Of a DNA stretch of 64,000 nt, positions 47,564-63,004 are shown piece after piece (the stretch's first letter is position 1; each line of letters starts with the position of its first letter). Origin of the DNA: an uncultured Candidatus Binatia bacterium (GTDB lineage Bacteria; Desulfobacterota; Binatia; UBA9968; JAJDTQ01); NCBI GenBank assembly GCA_964291295.2, contig OZ219754.1, positions 2,016,001 through 2,080,000 of the forward strand. The letters run 5' to 3'. Under the pieces are notes generated by a model. That model was not told the DNA's origin. It was given only the letters and a program-made list of their open reading frames with translations, and did not search any database. A program made the position numbers and the translations under genes.

Positions 47564-49126
47564 TTGGTTACATGGACATCTCTAGTTCTGGGTCTGGCCG
47601 TGGGTTGCCTGTTGACGGTCGGCGTGCTTCTCATCCGGCGGAAGCAGCACCAGCTCCAGAGGGAACTCGACCGGAGCACCGCCGCGCGCATCCTGGACGA
47701 GGCGCGGCGGGAGGCCGGCGTCATCCGCCAGGAGGCGGAGATCAAGGCGAAGGACGGGATCCTGAAGGCGCGCGCCGAGTTCGAGGAGGGTATCCGGGAG
47801 ACCCGAAAGGATCTCCAGTCGCTGGAGCGGCGGTTGCTGACCAGGGAGGATGTCCTGGACAAGCGTCTGGAGAGCCTGGAGAATCGGGAGACCGGCCTTG
47901 CCAATCGGGAAGAGGTGATCGAAAGGAAGGAGCGGGTTGCCGGCGAGAAGGAGGAGGAGTCCGAGCGTCTCGTTGACGAGGCGAAGCGAAGGCTTGAAAT
48001 TGTCGCCGGTATCAGCCGGGAAGAAGCGAAGAAGGGCTTGATGGATGAGATGTTCGAGGAGGCCCGGCACGACTCGGCCCGGAGCATCCGGCTCATGGAG
48101 GAGGATGCCAGGGCGGAGGCCGATCGAAAGGCCAAGAAGATCATCGCTCTGGCCATTGCGCGGCTGGCCGGGGATTTCGTCACCGAGCGCACCGTGTCGG
48201 TGGTGTCTCTCCCCAATGATGAGATGAAGGGGCGAATCATCGGCCGCGAAGGCCGCAACATTCGCGCCCTGGAGGCGGCCACCGGCATCGACCTCATCGT
48301 GGACGATACTCCGGAATCCGTGATCGTTTCGGGCCACAATCCCATCCGCCGGGAAATCGCCCGCATGTCCCTGGAAACGCTTGTTTCCGACGGCCGCATC
48401 CACCCGGGCCGCATCGAGGAGGTGGTCCGCCGCTCGGAACGGGAGATCGACGAGGTCATCAAGGAGGCCGGACAGAAGGCGGTGTTCGATGTCGGCGTCC
48501 ATGGTATCCATCCCGAACTGGTGAAGCTGTTGGGACGACTGAAATTCCGGTACAGCTATGCCCAGAATGTCCTGCTCCACTCCATCGAGATGGCGTTCAT
48601 CTGCGGGTCCATGGCCGCGGAGCTTGGCCTGAACGAGAAGCAGGCGCGGCGGGCGGCGCTGCTTCACGACATCGGCAAGGCCGTGGACCATGAGGTCGAG
48701 GGTTCTCATGCCATCATCGGGGGAGAGTTGGCGAGGAAGTACGGCGAGTCGCCCAAGATCGTCAACGCCATCGCGGCCCATCACGAGGAGGTCCGGGCGG
48801 AGACCATACTTGCGCCGCTGGTGGATGCCGCCGACGCCCTTTCCGGCGCCCGCCCCGGGGCACGCCGGGAGATGCTCGAGACCTATGTCCGGCGACTCGA
48901 GGAGTTGGAGCGGATCAGCAATTCCTTCAAGGGAGTCGAGAAGTCCTACGCCGTGCAGGCCGGACGGGAACTCAGGATCATCGTCCAGTCGACGCAGGTT
49001 TCCGACGACGAGGCTGCTTCCATGGCCCGGGCCGTGGCGAAAAAGGTCGAGAGCGAGATGGCCTACCCGGGCCAGATCAAGGTCACGGTGATCCGGGAGA
49101 CCCGGGCCGTCGAGTACGCGCATTAG
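47564..49126 (+). CDS. rny: Ribonuclease Y
   Basis: N-terminal TM, coiled coil, KH domain ([13 protein letters not shown]), HD domain (LLHDIGKA), SGARPGAR. Confidence 0.97.
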   Translation: MVTWTSLVLGLAVGCLLTVGVLLIRRKQHQLQRELDRSTAARILDEARREAGVIRQEAEIKAKDGILKARAEFEEGIRETRKDLQSLERRLLTREDVLDKRLESLENRETGLANREEVIERKERVAGEKEEESERLVDEAKRRLEIVAGISREEAKKGLMDEMFEEARHDSARSIRLMEEDARAEADRKAKKIIALAIARLAGDFVTERTVSVVSLPNDEMKGRIIGREGRNIRALEAATGIDLIVDDTPESVIVSGHNPIRREIARMSLETLVSDGRIHPGRIEEVVRRSEREIDEVIKEAGQKAVFDVGVHGIHPELVKLLGRLKFRYSYAQNVLLHSIEMAFICGSMAAELGLNEKQARRAALLHDIGKAVDHEVEGSHAIIGGELARKYGESPKIVNAIAAHHEEVRAETILAPLVDAADALSGARPGARREMLETYVRRLEELERISNSFKGVEKSYAVQAGRELRIIVQSTQVSDDEAASMARAVAKKVESEMAYPGQIKVTVIRETRAVEYAH

Positions 49127-49154
49127 CGTTCACCAGGGGCGGTCGGTGGGCAGA

Positions 49155-50375
49155 ATGAACATGAAACCGCGGGAACAGTTGAGGCGCCTGAAGCGCGGAG
49201 CGGTGGAGATCATTTCCGAGGAAGAGCTCTTGAGGAAGCTCGAGAGAGGGGCCCCGTTGCGTGTCAAGACGGGGTTCGACCCGACGGCGCCGGATTTGCA
49301 CTTGGGTCATGCCGTGTTGATCCAGAAAATGAAGCAGTTTCAGGAACTGGGGCACGAGGTGATCTTCCTGATCGGCGATTTCACCGGGATGATAGGAGAC
49401 CCGTCCGGGAAGTCGGAGATGCGCAGGCAGCTCAGCCGGGAAGAAGTCCTGGAGAACGCGGCAACCTACAAGGAGCAGATCTTCAGGATACTCGACCCCG
49501 AGACGACGGTGGTGGACTTCAACAGCCGGTGGATGGAGCGGTTGGGTGCGGCCGGACTGCTGGACCTGAGCGGCAAGTATACCGTGGCCCGAATGTTGGA
49601 AAGGGACGACTTCAAGAAGCGGTACCATGCCCGGGAAGCCATAGGGATCCACGAATTCATGTACCCGCTGATTCAGGGTTACGACTCGGTGGTGCTCGAA
49701 GCCGATGTGGAGCTGGGTGGCACCGATCAGAAGTTCAACCTTCTGGTGGGGCGGGAATTGCAGCGAGAGGCCGGCATGGAGCCGCAGGTGGTCTGCATGA
49801 TGCCCTTGCTGGAGGGGACGGACGGGATCCAGAAGATGAGCAAGAGCCTGGGCAATCACATAGGGATCGCCTCGGCCCCGGAGGAAATGTACGGCAGGAT
49901 GATGTCCATCTCGGACCCGTTGATGTGGCGCTACCAGGAACTTCTCAGCAATCGGGACCTGGACGAGATCCATGACGAGAAGTCCGCGGTGGCGGTGGGC
50001 TCCGTGCACCCGATGGAGGTGAAGAAGGCCCTTGCCACCGAGATCGTGGAGCGTTTTCATGGGCCGGACGCGGCGAAGTCGGCGCGGGAGTACTTCGAGG
50101 CGCGGCACCAGCGAAGAACCATCCCGCGGGACATCAGGAGGAGCTTTTCGCCTCCGGAGAGGGTCCGGGTCTGTCAGTTGCTGCTGGACCTCGATTTCGC
50201 CCGATCGAAGAGCGACGCGAGGCGGCTGGTGGCCCAGCGGGCCGTGCGGGTGGACGGCGCGGTCGTGAAGGACCCCGACTTCGAGTTTCATCGGGACACC
50301 CACCGGGTGGTGGAGGTCGGGAAGAACCGTATCGCGCAGGTGGATTCGACAAAAACTTTTGCCGGGGGTGGTTGA
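49155..50375 (+). CDS. tyrS: Tyrosyl-tRNA synthetase
   Basis: [28 protein letters not shown] and C-terminal S4 domain. Confidence 0.97.
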   Translation: MNMKPREQLRRLKRGAVEIISEEELLRKLERGAPLRVKTGFDPTAPDLHLGHAVLIQKMKQFQELGHEVIFLIGDFTGMIGDPSGKSEMRRQLSREEVLENAATYKEQIFRILDPETTVVDFNSRWMERLGAAGLLDLSGKYTVARMLERDDFKKRYHAREAIGIHEFMYPLIQGYDSVVLEADVELGGTDQKFNLLVGRELQREAGMEPQVVCMMPLLEGTDGIQKMSKSLGNHIGIASAPEEMYGRMMSISDPLMWRYQELLSNRDLDEIHDEKSAVAVGSVHPMEVKKALATEIVERFHGPDAAKSAREYFEARHQRRTIPRDIRRSFSPPERVRVCQLLLDLDFARSKSDARRLVAQRAVRVDGAVVKDPDFEFHRDTHRVVEVGKNRIAQVDSTKTFAGGG

Positions 50376-50442
50376 CACCGCCTGCTCTTTGCGCTAAATC
50401 TTGTGCTTGCCGTTGGGCAAGGAAGCTTCGGTCTTTGAAAAC
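50372..50442 (+). promoter_or_regulatory. rRNA operon promoter and boxA
   Basis: TTGACA (overlapping the tyrS TGA)-N17-TAAATC; boxA-like GGTCTTTGAAAAC at ~50430-50442. Confidence 0.65.
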
Positions 50443-50548
50443 TAAATAGTAGCGCTGCCCCAGAGATGGGGCAGAAAAGGTTCAGGGCTCTCACTTTGTC
50501 GTCGCCGCGCTGTTCTTTTCGTAAAGGGCCGCGTCAAGCGGCAAGGTT

Positions 50549-52115
<1,567 letters not shown>

Positions 52116-52315
52116 TCTCACAACCGAAAGGTGGGAGATTTTCAGGTCAATTCATGGTCTGCCTCAGAGGCCGTGATTCAAGGTGCAGTGACGATACGGT
52201 GATGATCATGAGTCCTGAACCGCTACTATTTAGTTTTGAAGGACCGAGCCGGTTCCGTTCCCGCCGCGTGCGGACGGACCGGAACCGGGCGCTCGGCGGA
52301 GTTGATTGGATGGAG

Positions 52316-52392
<77 letters not shown>

Positions 52393-52422
52393 TGTCCAGT
52401 CGGAAGGCGACGGACGACAGCA

Positions 52423-52498
52423 GGGGCTGTAGCTCAGTTGGGAGAGCGCCGGTTTTGCACGCCGGAGGTCGTCGGTTCGAACCCGATCAGCTCCACCA
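52423..52498 (+). tRNA. tRNA-Ala(TGC)
   Basis: Cloverleaf, TTTGCAC loop, G3:U70 pair, encoded CCA. Confidence 0.97.
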
Positions 52499-52660
52499 GT
52501 CGCGACCCGGACGCATGATGAGTGGCAATGGACCTTGATGGGTTCCTGGCTGCCATGCGAATCGGGAAGTGGGTCGGCGGGCAGTTGTCCGCAGCACGTG
52601 TTCTTTGACAACTGAAGACAGGTAAAACTGCAATTTTGCTGAAGTAGCAGTGGCGAATAT

Positions 52661-55675
<3,015 letters not shown>

Positions 55676-55809
55676 TATTCACCAATGCTACTACATGGTT
55701 GCAGTTTTACCTTCTTCAGTTTACCGCGCTTGCGGAAAGAGACCGCGTCCGAGCGTGACGCAGTCTTCCAGGACTGGTTTTTCTCCAGGATTGATTGGTT
55801 TTCAGGATT

Positions 55810-55926
55810 TCTCGGTGGCGATGGCGGAGGTGTCACACCCGTTCCCATCCCGAACACGGTCGTTAAGCCCTCCAGCGCCGATGGTACTATGGGGTTCCCT
55901 CATGGGAGAGTAGGAAGCCGCCGGGA
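55810..55926 (+). rRNA. rrf: 5S rRNA
   Basis: CCCATCCCGAACAC and GCCGATGGTACT motifs; about 117 nt. Confidence 0.97.
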
Positions 55927-55932
55927 TTTTTC

Positions 55933-55964
55933 AAAGGCCCGATCTTTCGAGATCGGGCCTTTTT
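55933..55964 (+). terminator. Rho-independent terminator of the rRNA operon
   Basis: AAAGGCCCGATCT-TTCG-AGATCGGGCCTTTTT. Confidence 0.9.
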
Positions 55965-56011
55965 GCGTTCTTTTCCTGCGTTCTTTTCCTGCGTTCTTTT
56001 CCTGCGTTCTT
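55964..56011. repeat. 13-bp tandem repeat (~3.7 copies)
   Basis: (TGCGTTCTTTTCC)x3 followed by TGCGTTCTT. Confidence 0.9.
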
Positions 56012-56241
56012 CTCTTCCCGCGGGTGTGCGGGAACAGGGTGTGCAGTAGCAATTTCATGCCGCGGTCGGCGGGCGGCAACTGCCGTGCCGCCCCGGCACC
56101 TCCTTGAGGCCGGAACCGGCACATCGACAACGCAAACGGCTCCCTTGTGGACCGCGGGACCTCGACCGCAGCACCTGCCTGCGGCGCCCCTCGCCGGAAC
56201 CCCGGCGAGTGCCTTCCTTGATTGTTGCGAGCGTTCGAGTG

Positions 56242-57495
56242 ATGATGAGCCGCATGACCACCGTGAAAGAAGCGGTCAGTCTCGTTCTGGCCACGGCGAC
56301 ACCGCTGCCCTGCAAAAAGGTCGATGTCGCGGAAGGGCTGGGACGCGTACTCGGCGAAGATGTCCGTGCGGGACGGAACGTGCCCTCCTTTGCGAACTCG
56401 GCCATGGACGGGTTCGCCGTACGCTGGATTGACCTGGCGGGCGCCGCGCCCACCACGCCGGTGACGCTCGCGGTACGGGAGGTGGTGGGCGCCGGAGGGA
56501 CATCGCGAAAGCGCGTGCTGCCGGGAACCGCCATCCGGATCATGACCGGCGCTCCGGTGCCCGCCGGCGCCGACGCCATCGTCCGGGTCGAGTATACCGA
56601 GACCCGCGATGGCCGGGTTGCGGTCTTCCGCACGGAGGGCAAGGGCAGTCATATCCGATCGGCCGGCGAGGACATCAGAAAGGGTCAGTTGGTCCTGGAG
56701 CGTGGCCGGGTGTTGGGTGCCGCCGACATCGGCCTCATGGCCTCAATCGGCAAGGCAACCGTGCGTGTGCACCGGCGTCCGGTGGTGGCCATCGTCGCCA
56801 CCGGCGACGAACTCATCGGCATCCAGGAGCGGCCGGCCCGGGGGAAGGTGGTCAACAGTAACAGCTACACCCTGTCTTCGGCGGTTCGGGATGCCGGCGC
56901 CCTTCCCCGATCCTTCGGGATCGTGCGCGACCACCGCGGCCGTCTGGCGGCCGCCTTCCGGGAGGCGCTGGCCTGCGACGTGGTGATCACCTCCGGCGGT
57001 GTCTCCGCCGGCGACTACGACCATGTGAAGGATGCCCTCCGCGATGCCGGAGTGCGCATGCTCTTCTGGAAGGTCGCCCAGCGCCCCGGCCATCCCATGA
57101 CCTTCGGCCGCAGGGGTCCAAGGCCGGTTTTCGGACTTCCCGGCAACCCGGTGTCGTCCCTGGTGTCGTTTCTTCTGTACGTCCGCCCCGCCCTGCTCAA
57201 GATGATGGGCCACCAGAGCCTTTTCATGCCGGTGGTGCGCGTGAAGCTGGCCCATGACATCCGGACGGCACCCGGTCTCACGGAATTCGTGCGCTGCCGC
57301 CTGGATCAGGACAACGGGCGTTTGCTGGCGTCGAGCACCGGGACCCAGAGCTCCGGGGTGCTGCGCTCCTTGTCGCTGGCCCAGGGTCTCGTGGTGGCCC
57401 GCGAGCACCAGACGTTGCTGCGGAAGGGCAGCCACGCACCGGCCATCCTGCTCGACCACCGCACGCGCTGGCTGCAGAAGGAGATGGGATTCTGA
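56242..57495 (+). CDS. moeA: Molybdopterin molybdotransferase
   Basis: SAMDGFAV, IMTGAPVP, TGDEL, TSGGVSAG and GLPGNPVS motifs. Confidence 0.95.
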   Translation: MMSRMTTVKEAVSLVLATATPLPCKKVDVAEGLGRVLGEDVRAGRNVPSFANSAMDGFAVRWIDLAGAAPTTPVTLAVREVVGAGGTSRKRVLPGTAIRIMTGAPVPAGADAIVRVEYTETRDGRVAVFRTEGKGSHIRSAGEDIRKGQLVLERGRVLGAADIGLMASIGKATVRVHRRPVVAIVATGDELIGIQERPARGKVVNSNSYTLSSAVRDAGALPRSFGIVRDHRGRLAAAFREALACDVVITSGGVSAGDYDHVKDALRDAGVRMLFWKVAQRPGHPMTFGRRGPRPVFGLPGNPVSSLVSFLLYVRPALLKMMGHQSLFMPVVRVKLAHDIRTAPGLTEFVRCRLDQDNGRLLASSTGTQSSGVLRSLSLAQGLVVAREHQTLLRKGSHAPAILLDHRTRWLQKEMGF

Positions 57496-58001
57496 CAGGC
57501 GGCTACCGGGTCGGCCAGGGTTTCGACATCCACCGCCTTGAGCCCGGCCGGAAACTGATGCTGGGCGGTGTCCGGATTCCCCACGAGTCCGGTCTGTCGG
57601 GCCACTCGGACGCCGATGTGCTGCTCCACGCCCTGATCAACGCGCTGCTCGGCGCCATGGGCCAGGGCGATATCGGGACCCACTTTCCCGACACGGACCC
57701 CGTTTTCGACGGAGCTTCGAGCGCGAGCCTGCTGGCCCGCGTGCTCCAACTCATGCGGACGGCCGGGTTCGCCATAGCCAACGCCGACGTCACCGTCATC
57801 GCCCAGCATCCCCGCCTGGCGCCGCACTTTGGCGCCATCAGGACAAGTCTGGCGGAGTTGTTGAAGGTGGCCGAGGCCGACGTCAACGTGAAGGCGGGCA
57901 CCATGGAAGGCTTGGGCTCCATCGGCAGGGGGAGAGCCATGGCGGCCATGGCGGTCGTATTGCTGCACCGGGACCCGGGTTCCGGCAGGGGGGCGGCGTG
58001 A
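57492..58001 (+). CDS. ispF: 2-C-methyl-D-erythritol 2,4-cyclodiphosphate synthase (probable CTG start)
   Basis: In-frame RVGQGFDIHRL upstream of the ORF-track ATG; GHSDADV and DIGTHFPD motifs. Confidence 0.93.
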   Translation: MTGGYRVGQGFDIHRLEPGRKLMLGGVRIPHESGLSGHSDADVLLHALINALLGAMGQGDIGTHFPDTDPVFDGASSASLLARVLQLMRTAGFAIANADVTVIAQHPRLAPHFGAIRTSLAELLKVAEADVNVKAGTMEGLGSIGRGRAMAAMAVVLLHRDPGSGRGAA

Positions 58002-58118
58002 CGGCTGTTGCCAACCCGACGACCGTTGCCTAGAATCCGTTGGCTGTTGGAGAGCGAAGGCTGCGGCCTCCGGAAGCACCGGGCCGTGGATGCCGCCGGG
58101 GTCCGACAAGGAGGGATC

Positions 58119-60065
58119 ATGGCAGACGACGCAATCGAGGTTCTGCTGGAAGAAGGACGGACCTTTCCGCCGCCCGAGGAGTTCAAGCGGTCCGGAAACC
58201 TCAACGACCCCGCGGTGTGGGAGCGCGCCGACAGGGATCCGGAGGCATTCTGGGCCGAGCAGGCTCACCAGCTGGACTGGTTCAAGACCTGGGACAAGGT
58301 GCTTGAGTGGAACTGTCCCTGGGCCAGGTGGTTCATCGGCGGCAAGCTCAACGTCTCCTACAACTGCCTGGACCGGCACGTCAGGACCGCGCGCAGGAAC
58401 AAGGCCGCCATCATCTGGGAGGGAGAGCGCGGCGACGAACGGGTGCTGACCTACCGGGACGTCTGGCGCGAGGTCAACCGGTTCGCCAACGTGCTCAGGA
58501 AGCTCGGTGTGCGGAAAGGCGACCGCGTGGCCCTCTACCTCGGCATGGTACCCGAACTCCTGATAGCGATGCATGCATGCAACCGCATCGGCGCGGTGCA
58601 CAGCGTCGTGTTCGGCGGCTTCAGCGCCGAAGCCCTGCGCGACCGCATCAACGACGCCTCGGCCAAGGTGCTGGTCACCGGCGACGGCGGTTACCGGCGG
58701 GGCGCCATCATACCCCTGAAGAAGAACGCGGACGAAGCTGTCGAGGGAGCGCCCTCCATCGAGAACGTGGTGGTGGTCGAACGCGCGGGCAGCGAGTCCG
58801 GCGCGGTCATGAAACCGGGCAGGGACCACTGGTGGCACGAGATCATGGCCGACGCGCCGCTGTGGTGCGAGCCCGAGGCGATGGACAGCGAGGACATGCT
58901 CTTCAGCCTCTATACCAGCGGCACCACCGGCAAGCCCAAGGGCATCGTCCACACCACCGCCGGTTACCTGCTGGGCGTTTACCTCGCCAACAAGTGGGTC
59001 TTCGACATGAAGGAGGACGATGTCTTCTGGTGCGCCGCGGACATCGGCTGGGTCACGGGCCATACCCACATCGTCTATGGCCCCATGGCCAACGGCGCGA
59101 CCCAGGTGATGTACGAGGGCTCGCCCGACTGGCCGGACAAGGACCGCCTGTGGCGCATGGTGGAGAAATACGGCGTGACCATCTTCCATACCGCGCCCAC
59201 CGCCATCCGTACCTTCATGCGCTGGGGCACCGGGTTTCCCGCCGCCCACGACTTGAGCAGCCTGAGGCTCCTGGGCTCGGTGGGAGAACCCATCAACCCC
59301 GAGGCATGGATGTGGTACCACGAGCACATCGGCGGCGGGAACTGCCCGATCATGGACACCTGGTGGCAGACGGAGACCGGTCACCCCCTCATCACCCCGT
59401 TTCCCGGCGTGACCACGCTGAAGCCGGCCTCGGCGACCCTGCCGTTCCCGGGCATCGAGGCGGACATCGTGGACGAGCAGGGCAAATCGGTGCCGCCGGG
59501 CGGCGGCGGCTACCTGGTGCTGAAGCGGCCATGGCCGGCCATGCTCCGCACCGTGTTCAACGATCCGGACCGGTACGTGGAGACCTATTGGAGCCGTTTC
59601 CCCGGCATGTACTTCGCCGGTGACGGCGCCAGGCGCGACAAGGACGGCTACTTCTGGCTGCTGGGCCGCGTGGATGATGTCATGAACGTCTCCGGGCACC
59701 GCATCAGCACCATGGAAGTGGAGAGTGCCCTGGTCGATCACCCGGCGGTGGCGGAGGCGGCGGTCATCGGCAAGCGGCACGAGGTGAAGGGACAGGGCAT
59801 CTGCGCTTTCGTGTCGCTCATCGCCGGCGTCGACAACACGCCCGAACTGGTGGAGGCGTTGCGCGGCCACGTGGCGAGAAAGATCGGCGCCATCGCCCGC
59901 CCCGACGAACTTTACTATGCGGCCGAGCTTCCCAAGACCCGCAGCGGCAAGATCATGCGCCGGCTGTTGCGCGCCATCGCCGACGGCAAGGCGCTGGGCG
60001 ATACCACGACCCTGGCCGATCCGACGGTGGTCGCCAAGCTGAAGGAACAGTACGAGGAAGAGTGA
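58119..60065 (+). CDS. acs: Acetyl-CoA synthetase
   Basis: [31 protein letters not shown] and [12 protein letters not shown] motifs; start MADDAIE. Confidence 0.97.
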   Translation: MADDAIEVLLEEGRTFPPPEEFKRSGNLNDPAVWERADRDPEAFWAEQAHQLDWFKTWDKVLEWNCPWARWFIGGKLNVSYNCLDRHVRTARRNKAAIIWEGERGDERVLTYRDVWREVNRFANVLRKLGVRKGDRVALYLGMVPELLIAMHACNRIGAVHSVVFGGFSAEALRDRINDASAKVLVTGDGGYRRGAIIPLKKNADEAVEGAPSIENVVVVERAGSESGAVMKPGRDHWWHEIMADAPLWCEPEAMDSEDMLFSLYTSGTTGKPKGIVHTTAGYLLGVYLANKWVFDMKEDDVFWCAADIGWVTGHTHIVYGPMANGATQVMYEGSPDWPDKDRLWRMVEKYGVTIFHTAPTAIRTFMRWGTGFPAAHDLSSLRLLGSVGEPINPEAWMWYHEHIGGGNCPIMDTWWQTETGHPLITPFPGVTTLKPASATLPFPGIEADIVDEQGKSVPPGGGGYLVLKRPWPAMLRTVFNDPDRYVETYWSRFPGMYFAGDGARRDKDGYFWLLGRVDDVMNVSGHRISTMEVESALVDHPAVAEAAVIGKRHEVKGQGICAFVSLIAGVDNTPELVEALRGHVARKIGAIARPDELYYAAELPKTRSGKIMRRLLRAIADGKALGDTTTLADPTVVAKLKEQYEEE

Positions 60066-60112
60066 CCCCTTGTGTGGACGTTGCACGGGGCGGCCGCCCC
60101 GTGCGGTACGCG

Positions 60113-61573
60113 TTACCCGAAGACGCGAAAGTACATCTCGGCAAGGGAGGGTTCCATGACCGCGGCATCCCGCATCTCCCTGCGGATCGCCGGGCGCAGC
60201 GGCTCGTAGAGGCGGTTTGCTTCCGCCAGGACGTCGGCTTCGTCCATCTTCGCGAGCCGGCCTCCCGCCACCACCACCTCCCCGTTTACCAGTACGGTGT
60301 CCACGGAACTGCCGTTCTCGCAAAATACGAGTTGGGTGACGATGTCGTTCAACGGCGTGAATGCCGGCGTCGCACGGTTCAGCAGGACGACGTCGGCCAG
60401 GCGGCCGGACTCCAGAACGCCGCAGTCCAGACCGAAGGCCCGGGCGCCCCATCGGGTGGCCATGGACAGGGCCTGCCGGGCCGTCACCCAGTGGTTGAAG
60501 TCGTGGTCGCGGGTGTTGTGGATCAGCGCCGCCAGCCGCATGGCGTCGAACATGTTCTGGTTGTCGTTCGAACAGGCGCCGTCGGCGCCCAGGGCGACCC
60601 GGCCGCCGGCGCCGAGCAACTCCGGTATCGGCGCCAGGCCACTGCCCAGCCGCAGATTGCTGGCCGGGTTGTGCACCGGCGTCGCGCCCCGCTCCACGAT
60701 GATCTCCACGTCTCCCGGCTCGAGCCACAGGGAATGGGCCGTGGAAAGATTGGGCTTTACCACACCCAGGTTGTCCAGGTGCTTCAGCAGGGAGGTGCCA
60801 TAGAGTCTGGCGCCCATGAGGGCTTGCGGTCGGGTCTCGGCGAGATGAATGTGGAGCGGCAGACCCCGCTCTTCGGAGATGGTGGCGACGCCCTGAAGCA
60901 GTGCATCGGTGCAGCGCTGCACCGCGGACGGACCGGGGCAACAGGTCGTCAACCCTTCGGGATCGTGCAGTTCGTCGATGAAGGACTCGATGTCGTCGAG
61001 CCAGGCCCGGGTGTCCCGGGTCTCGGCGTGGGTCATTCGGCTCACTTCGGCGCGGACCGTCTCCCCGGGTGCCGCAAGGGGCAGGGTGGATTCGTAAGGC
61101 CGGTCAGTGACGGTGAGGGCCACCACGTGGCGCAGCCCGATTTCCCGCATCGCGCGGACCGCCTCGCCGGCTCCGGTATGGCGGCTGTTCTGGTTGCCGA
61201 AAAAATGGTCCATGGTGGTCGTGCAGCCGGTCTTGAGCATCTCCAGGCCGCCGAGCAGGGCGCTGACATGGAACATCTCGTCGTCGCAGGCGCGCAGTGC
61301 GGCGCGCCAGTACGCGCGCCAGATCTCCAGCGGGCGCGCCGGCATCAGGCCGCGAAACAGATTGGCCGGTGAATGGCTGTGGGCGTCGATGAGCCCCGGG
61401 ATGGCGATGAAGCGGCTTCCGTCGATGACCCGGTCCCAGCCCTCCCGGGGACAGCCGGACGCCGGTCCCACGTAGGCGAGCCGGTTGCCGTCGATGCCCA
61501 CGCAGGCGTCCCCGATCACCTCGTCCCGCTCGTTCATGGTGACGACAAGTACGTGCTCGATCAATTGTTTCAT
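60113..61573 (-). CDS. Amidohydrolase/deaminase (MtaD/SsnA/AtzA-like)
   Basis: PGLIDAHSH, HIHLAE, HNPASNL and LGADG motifs; start MKQLIEH. Confidence 0.9.
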   Translation of the reverse strand: MKQLIEHVLVVTMNERDEVIGDACVGIDGNRLAYVGPASGCPREGWDRVIDGSRFIAIPGLIDAHSHSPANLFRGLMPARPLEIWRAYWRAALRACDDEMFHVSALLGGLEMLKTGCTTTMDHFFGNQNSRHTGAGEAVRAMREIGLRHVVALTVTDRPYESTLPLAAPGETVRAEVSRMTHAETRDTRAWLDDIESFIDELHDPEGLTTCCPGPSAVQRCTDALLQGVATISEERGLPLHIHLAETRPQALMGARLYGTSLLKHLDNLGVVKPNLSTAHSLWLEPGDVEIIVERGATPVHNPASNLRLGSGLAPIPELLGAGGRVALGADGACSNDNQNMFDAMRLAALIHNTRDHDFNHWVTARQALSMATRWGARAFGLDCGVLESGRLADVVLLNRATPAFTPLNDIVTQLVFCENGSSVDTVLVNGEVVVAGGRLAKMDEADVLAEANRLYEPLRPAIRREMRDAAVMEPSLAEMYFRVFG

Positions 61574-61611
61574 GGGTGCCGCCCTTCGAGTTGATGCGGT
61601 TCCCGTCCGGC

Positions 61612-62073
61612 TCAGATCGCCGCGCGGCGCAGGGCAAGTCCCAGCAGCAGCACGATGATCCCCAGGATCCCATTGGCCGTCAACAGACGCATCCACGGGT
61701 TCCGCCCGTCGAGGGGCTCCCCCGGGGAGACATCGTAACGATACGCCTGGAGCCCGTGGTTCAGTACCATCACGGCCGTCAGCGCGCCCTTCGCCGTCAG
61801 TACGAAGAGCCAGCCCGAGCCCGCCCCGGGCGGGGCGACGGTTCCCCCGGACAGGAACCCGCCGAGGCCGGACAGCACGGTCAGGGGAGCCGCCACCGCG
61901 ACGACCGCGTTCAGGCGCCCCGCGAGCCGGCGCGCGAAGCCGGCCCGCTCTTCGGACGGGAGTTCGCGGACGGTCAGCCGCAGCACACCCAGCACAAGCA
62001 GGTTGGCGCCCAGCCAGACGCTGAAGGAGAAGACATGCAACCAGGGCATGAATATCTGCAACGGTGTCTGCAA
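61612..62073 (-). CDS. Four-TM membrane protein, CopD/DUF4149-like
   Basis: WLHVFSFSVWLG first helix resembles CopD-type proteins; divergent from the cox genes; start uncertain. Confidence 0.6.
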   Translation of the reverse strand: MQTPLQIFMPWLHVFSFSVWLGANLLVLGVLRLTVRELPSEERAGFARRLAGRLNAVVAVAAPLTVLSGLGGFLSGGTVAPPGAGSGWLFVLTAKGALTAVMVLNHGLQAYRYDVSPGEPLDGRNPWMRLLTANGILGIIVLLLGLALRRAAI

Positions 62074-62178
62074 CGGTGGTTCCTTCCCGCTCCGGCACCC
62101 TCCGGGTCTGTATATCCGAGCGCGCGGACAGCCGCTACTCGACCCATCCCGCGGGCTTTTCCGGGCGATCGGTCACCC

Positions 62179-62226
62179 TTGACACGCCACGGCATTGACA
62201 CGCCACGGCATTGATACGCCACGGCA
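62179..62226. repeat. 16-bp tandem repeat x3, each copy starting with a -35-like hexamer
   Basis: TTGACACGCCACGGCA TTGACACGCCACGGCA TTGATACGCCACGGCA. Confidence 0.9.
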
Positions 62227-62275
62227 CTTGTGCTAGCAAGGAGCCAAATCCACGAGGGAGGGTTTCGAACTCGCC

Positions 62276-62935
62276 ATGATGCGCTGGTTGCCCGAGAACG
62301 TGTCCACCTACGGTGGTGACGTCGACTACCTGTTCTATCTCATCTACTATATCACCGGTGCCGTCATGATCCTCGTCACGGTGCTGATGATCGCCTTCCT
62401 CATCATGTACCGCCGGAAGGAAGGCCGGAAAGCCGTCTACTCGCACGGCAACACCGCCCTGGAGATCACCTGGACCGTAATTCCCGCGGTGATCCTCATC
62501 ATGCTCTCGTTCATGAGCATATCCACTTGGGGGAAGATCAAGGTCCATGCACCCCCTGCCGAGTACGAGGTCAAGGTGGCCGGCAAGCAGTTCAACTGGG
62601 ATGTGACCCACCCCGGTCCCGACGGCAGGCTCGATACCGGGGACGACATCAGGATCGAGAACGAACTGCACGTCCCGGTGGACAAGAACGTGCACGTCCA
62701 TCTCACGGCAACGGACGTCATCCACAGCTTCTTCGTGCCCAGTTTCCGGGTGAAGCAGGACGCCGTCCCGGGACGCGATATCCTGGTCTGGTTCAACGTC
62801 ACCAAACCCGGGAAATACGAGTTGCCGTGCGCCGAGCTGTGCGGCTTCGGCCATTCGGGCATGCTTGGCTGGGTGTTCGTCCACACGCCGGAGGACTACG
62901 CGAAGTTCCTCGAAGAAAACCGGAATGGAGGCTGA
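62276..62935 (+). CDS. coxB: Cytochrome c oxidase subunit II
   Basis: LEITWT and DVIHSF motifs; CuA motif CAELCGFGHSGM. Confidence 0.96.
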   Translation: MMRWLPENVSTYGGDVDYLFYLIYYITGAVMILVTVLMIAFLIMYRRKEGRKAVYSHGNTALEITWTVIPAVILIMLSFMSISTWGKIKVHAPPAEYEVKVAGKQFNWDVTHPGPDGRLDTGDDIRIENELHVPVDKNVHVHLTATDVIHSFFVPSFRVKQDAVPGRDILVWFNVTKPGKYELPCAELCGFGHSGMLGWVFVHTPEDYAKFLEENRNGG

Positions 62936-63004
62936 TCCCGCCCACCCGCGGACCAAGGCGTTCGAAGGCGGTGCGCCGCCGAAGGCGGAGGAGGAAAATC
63001 AAGG

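Noticed and set aside
49126-49155. No ymdB-type phosphoesterase gene between rny and tyrS
   Set aside because: Simple loss or relocation of a variably linked gene; no remnant visible
57306-60941. 1211-aa minus-strand ORF
   Set aside because: Shadow of acs/ispF and an alternative frame of the deaminase gene; no recognisable domain
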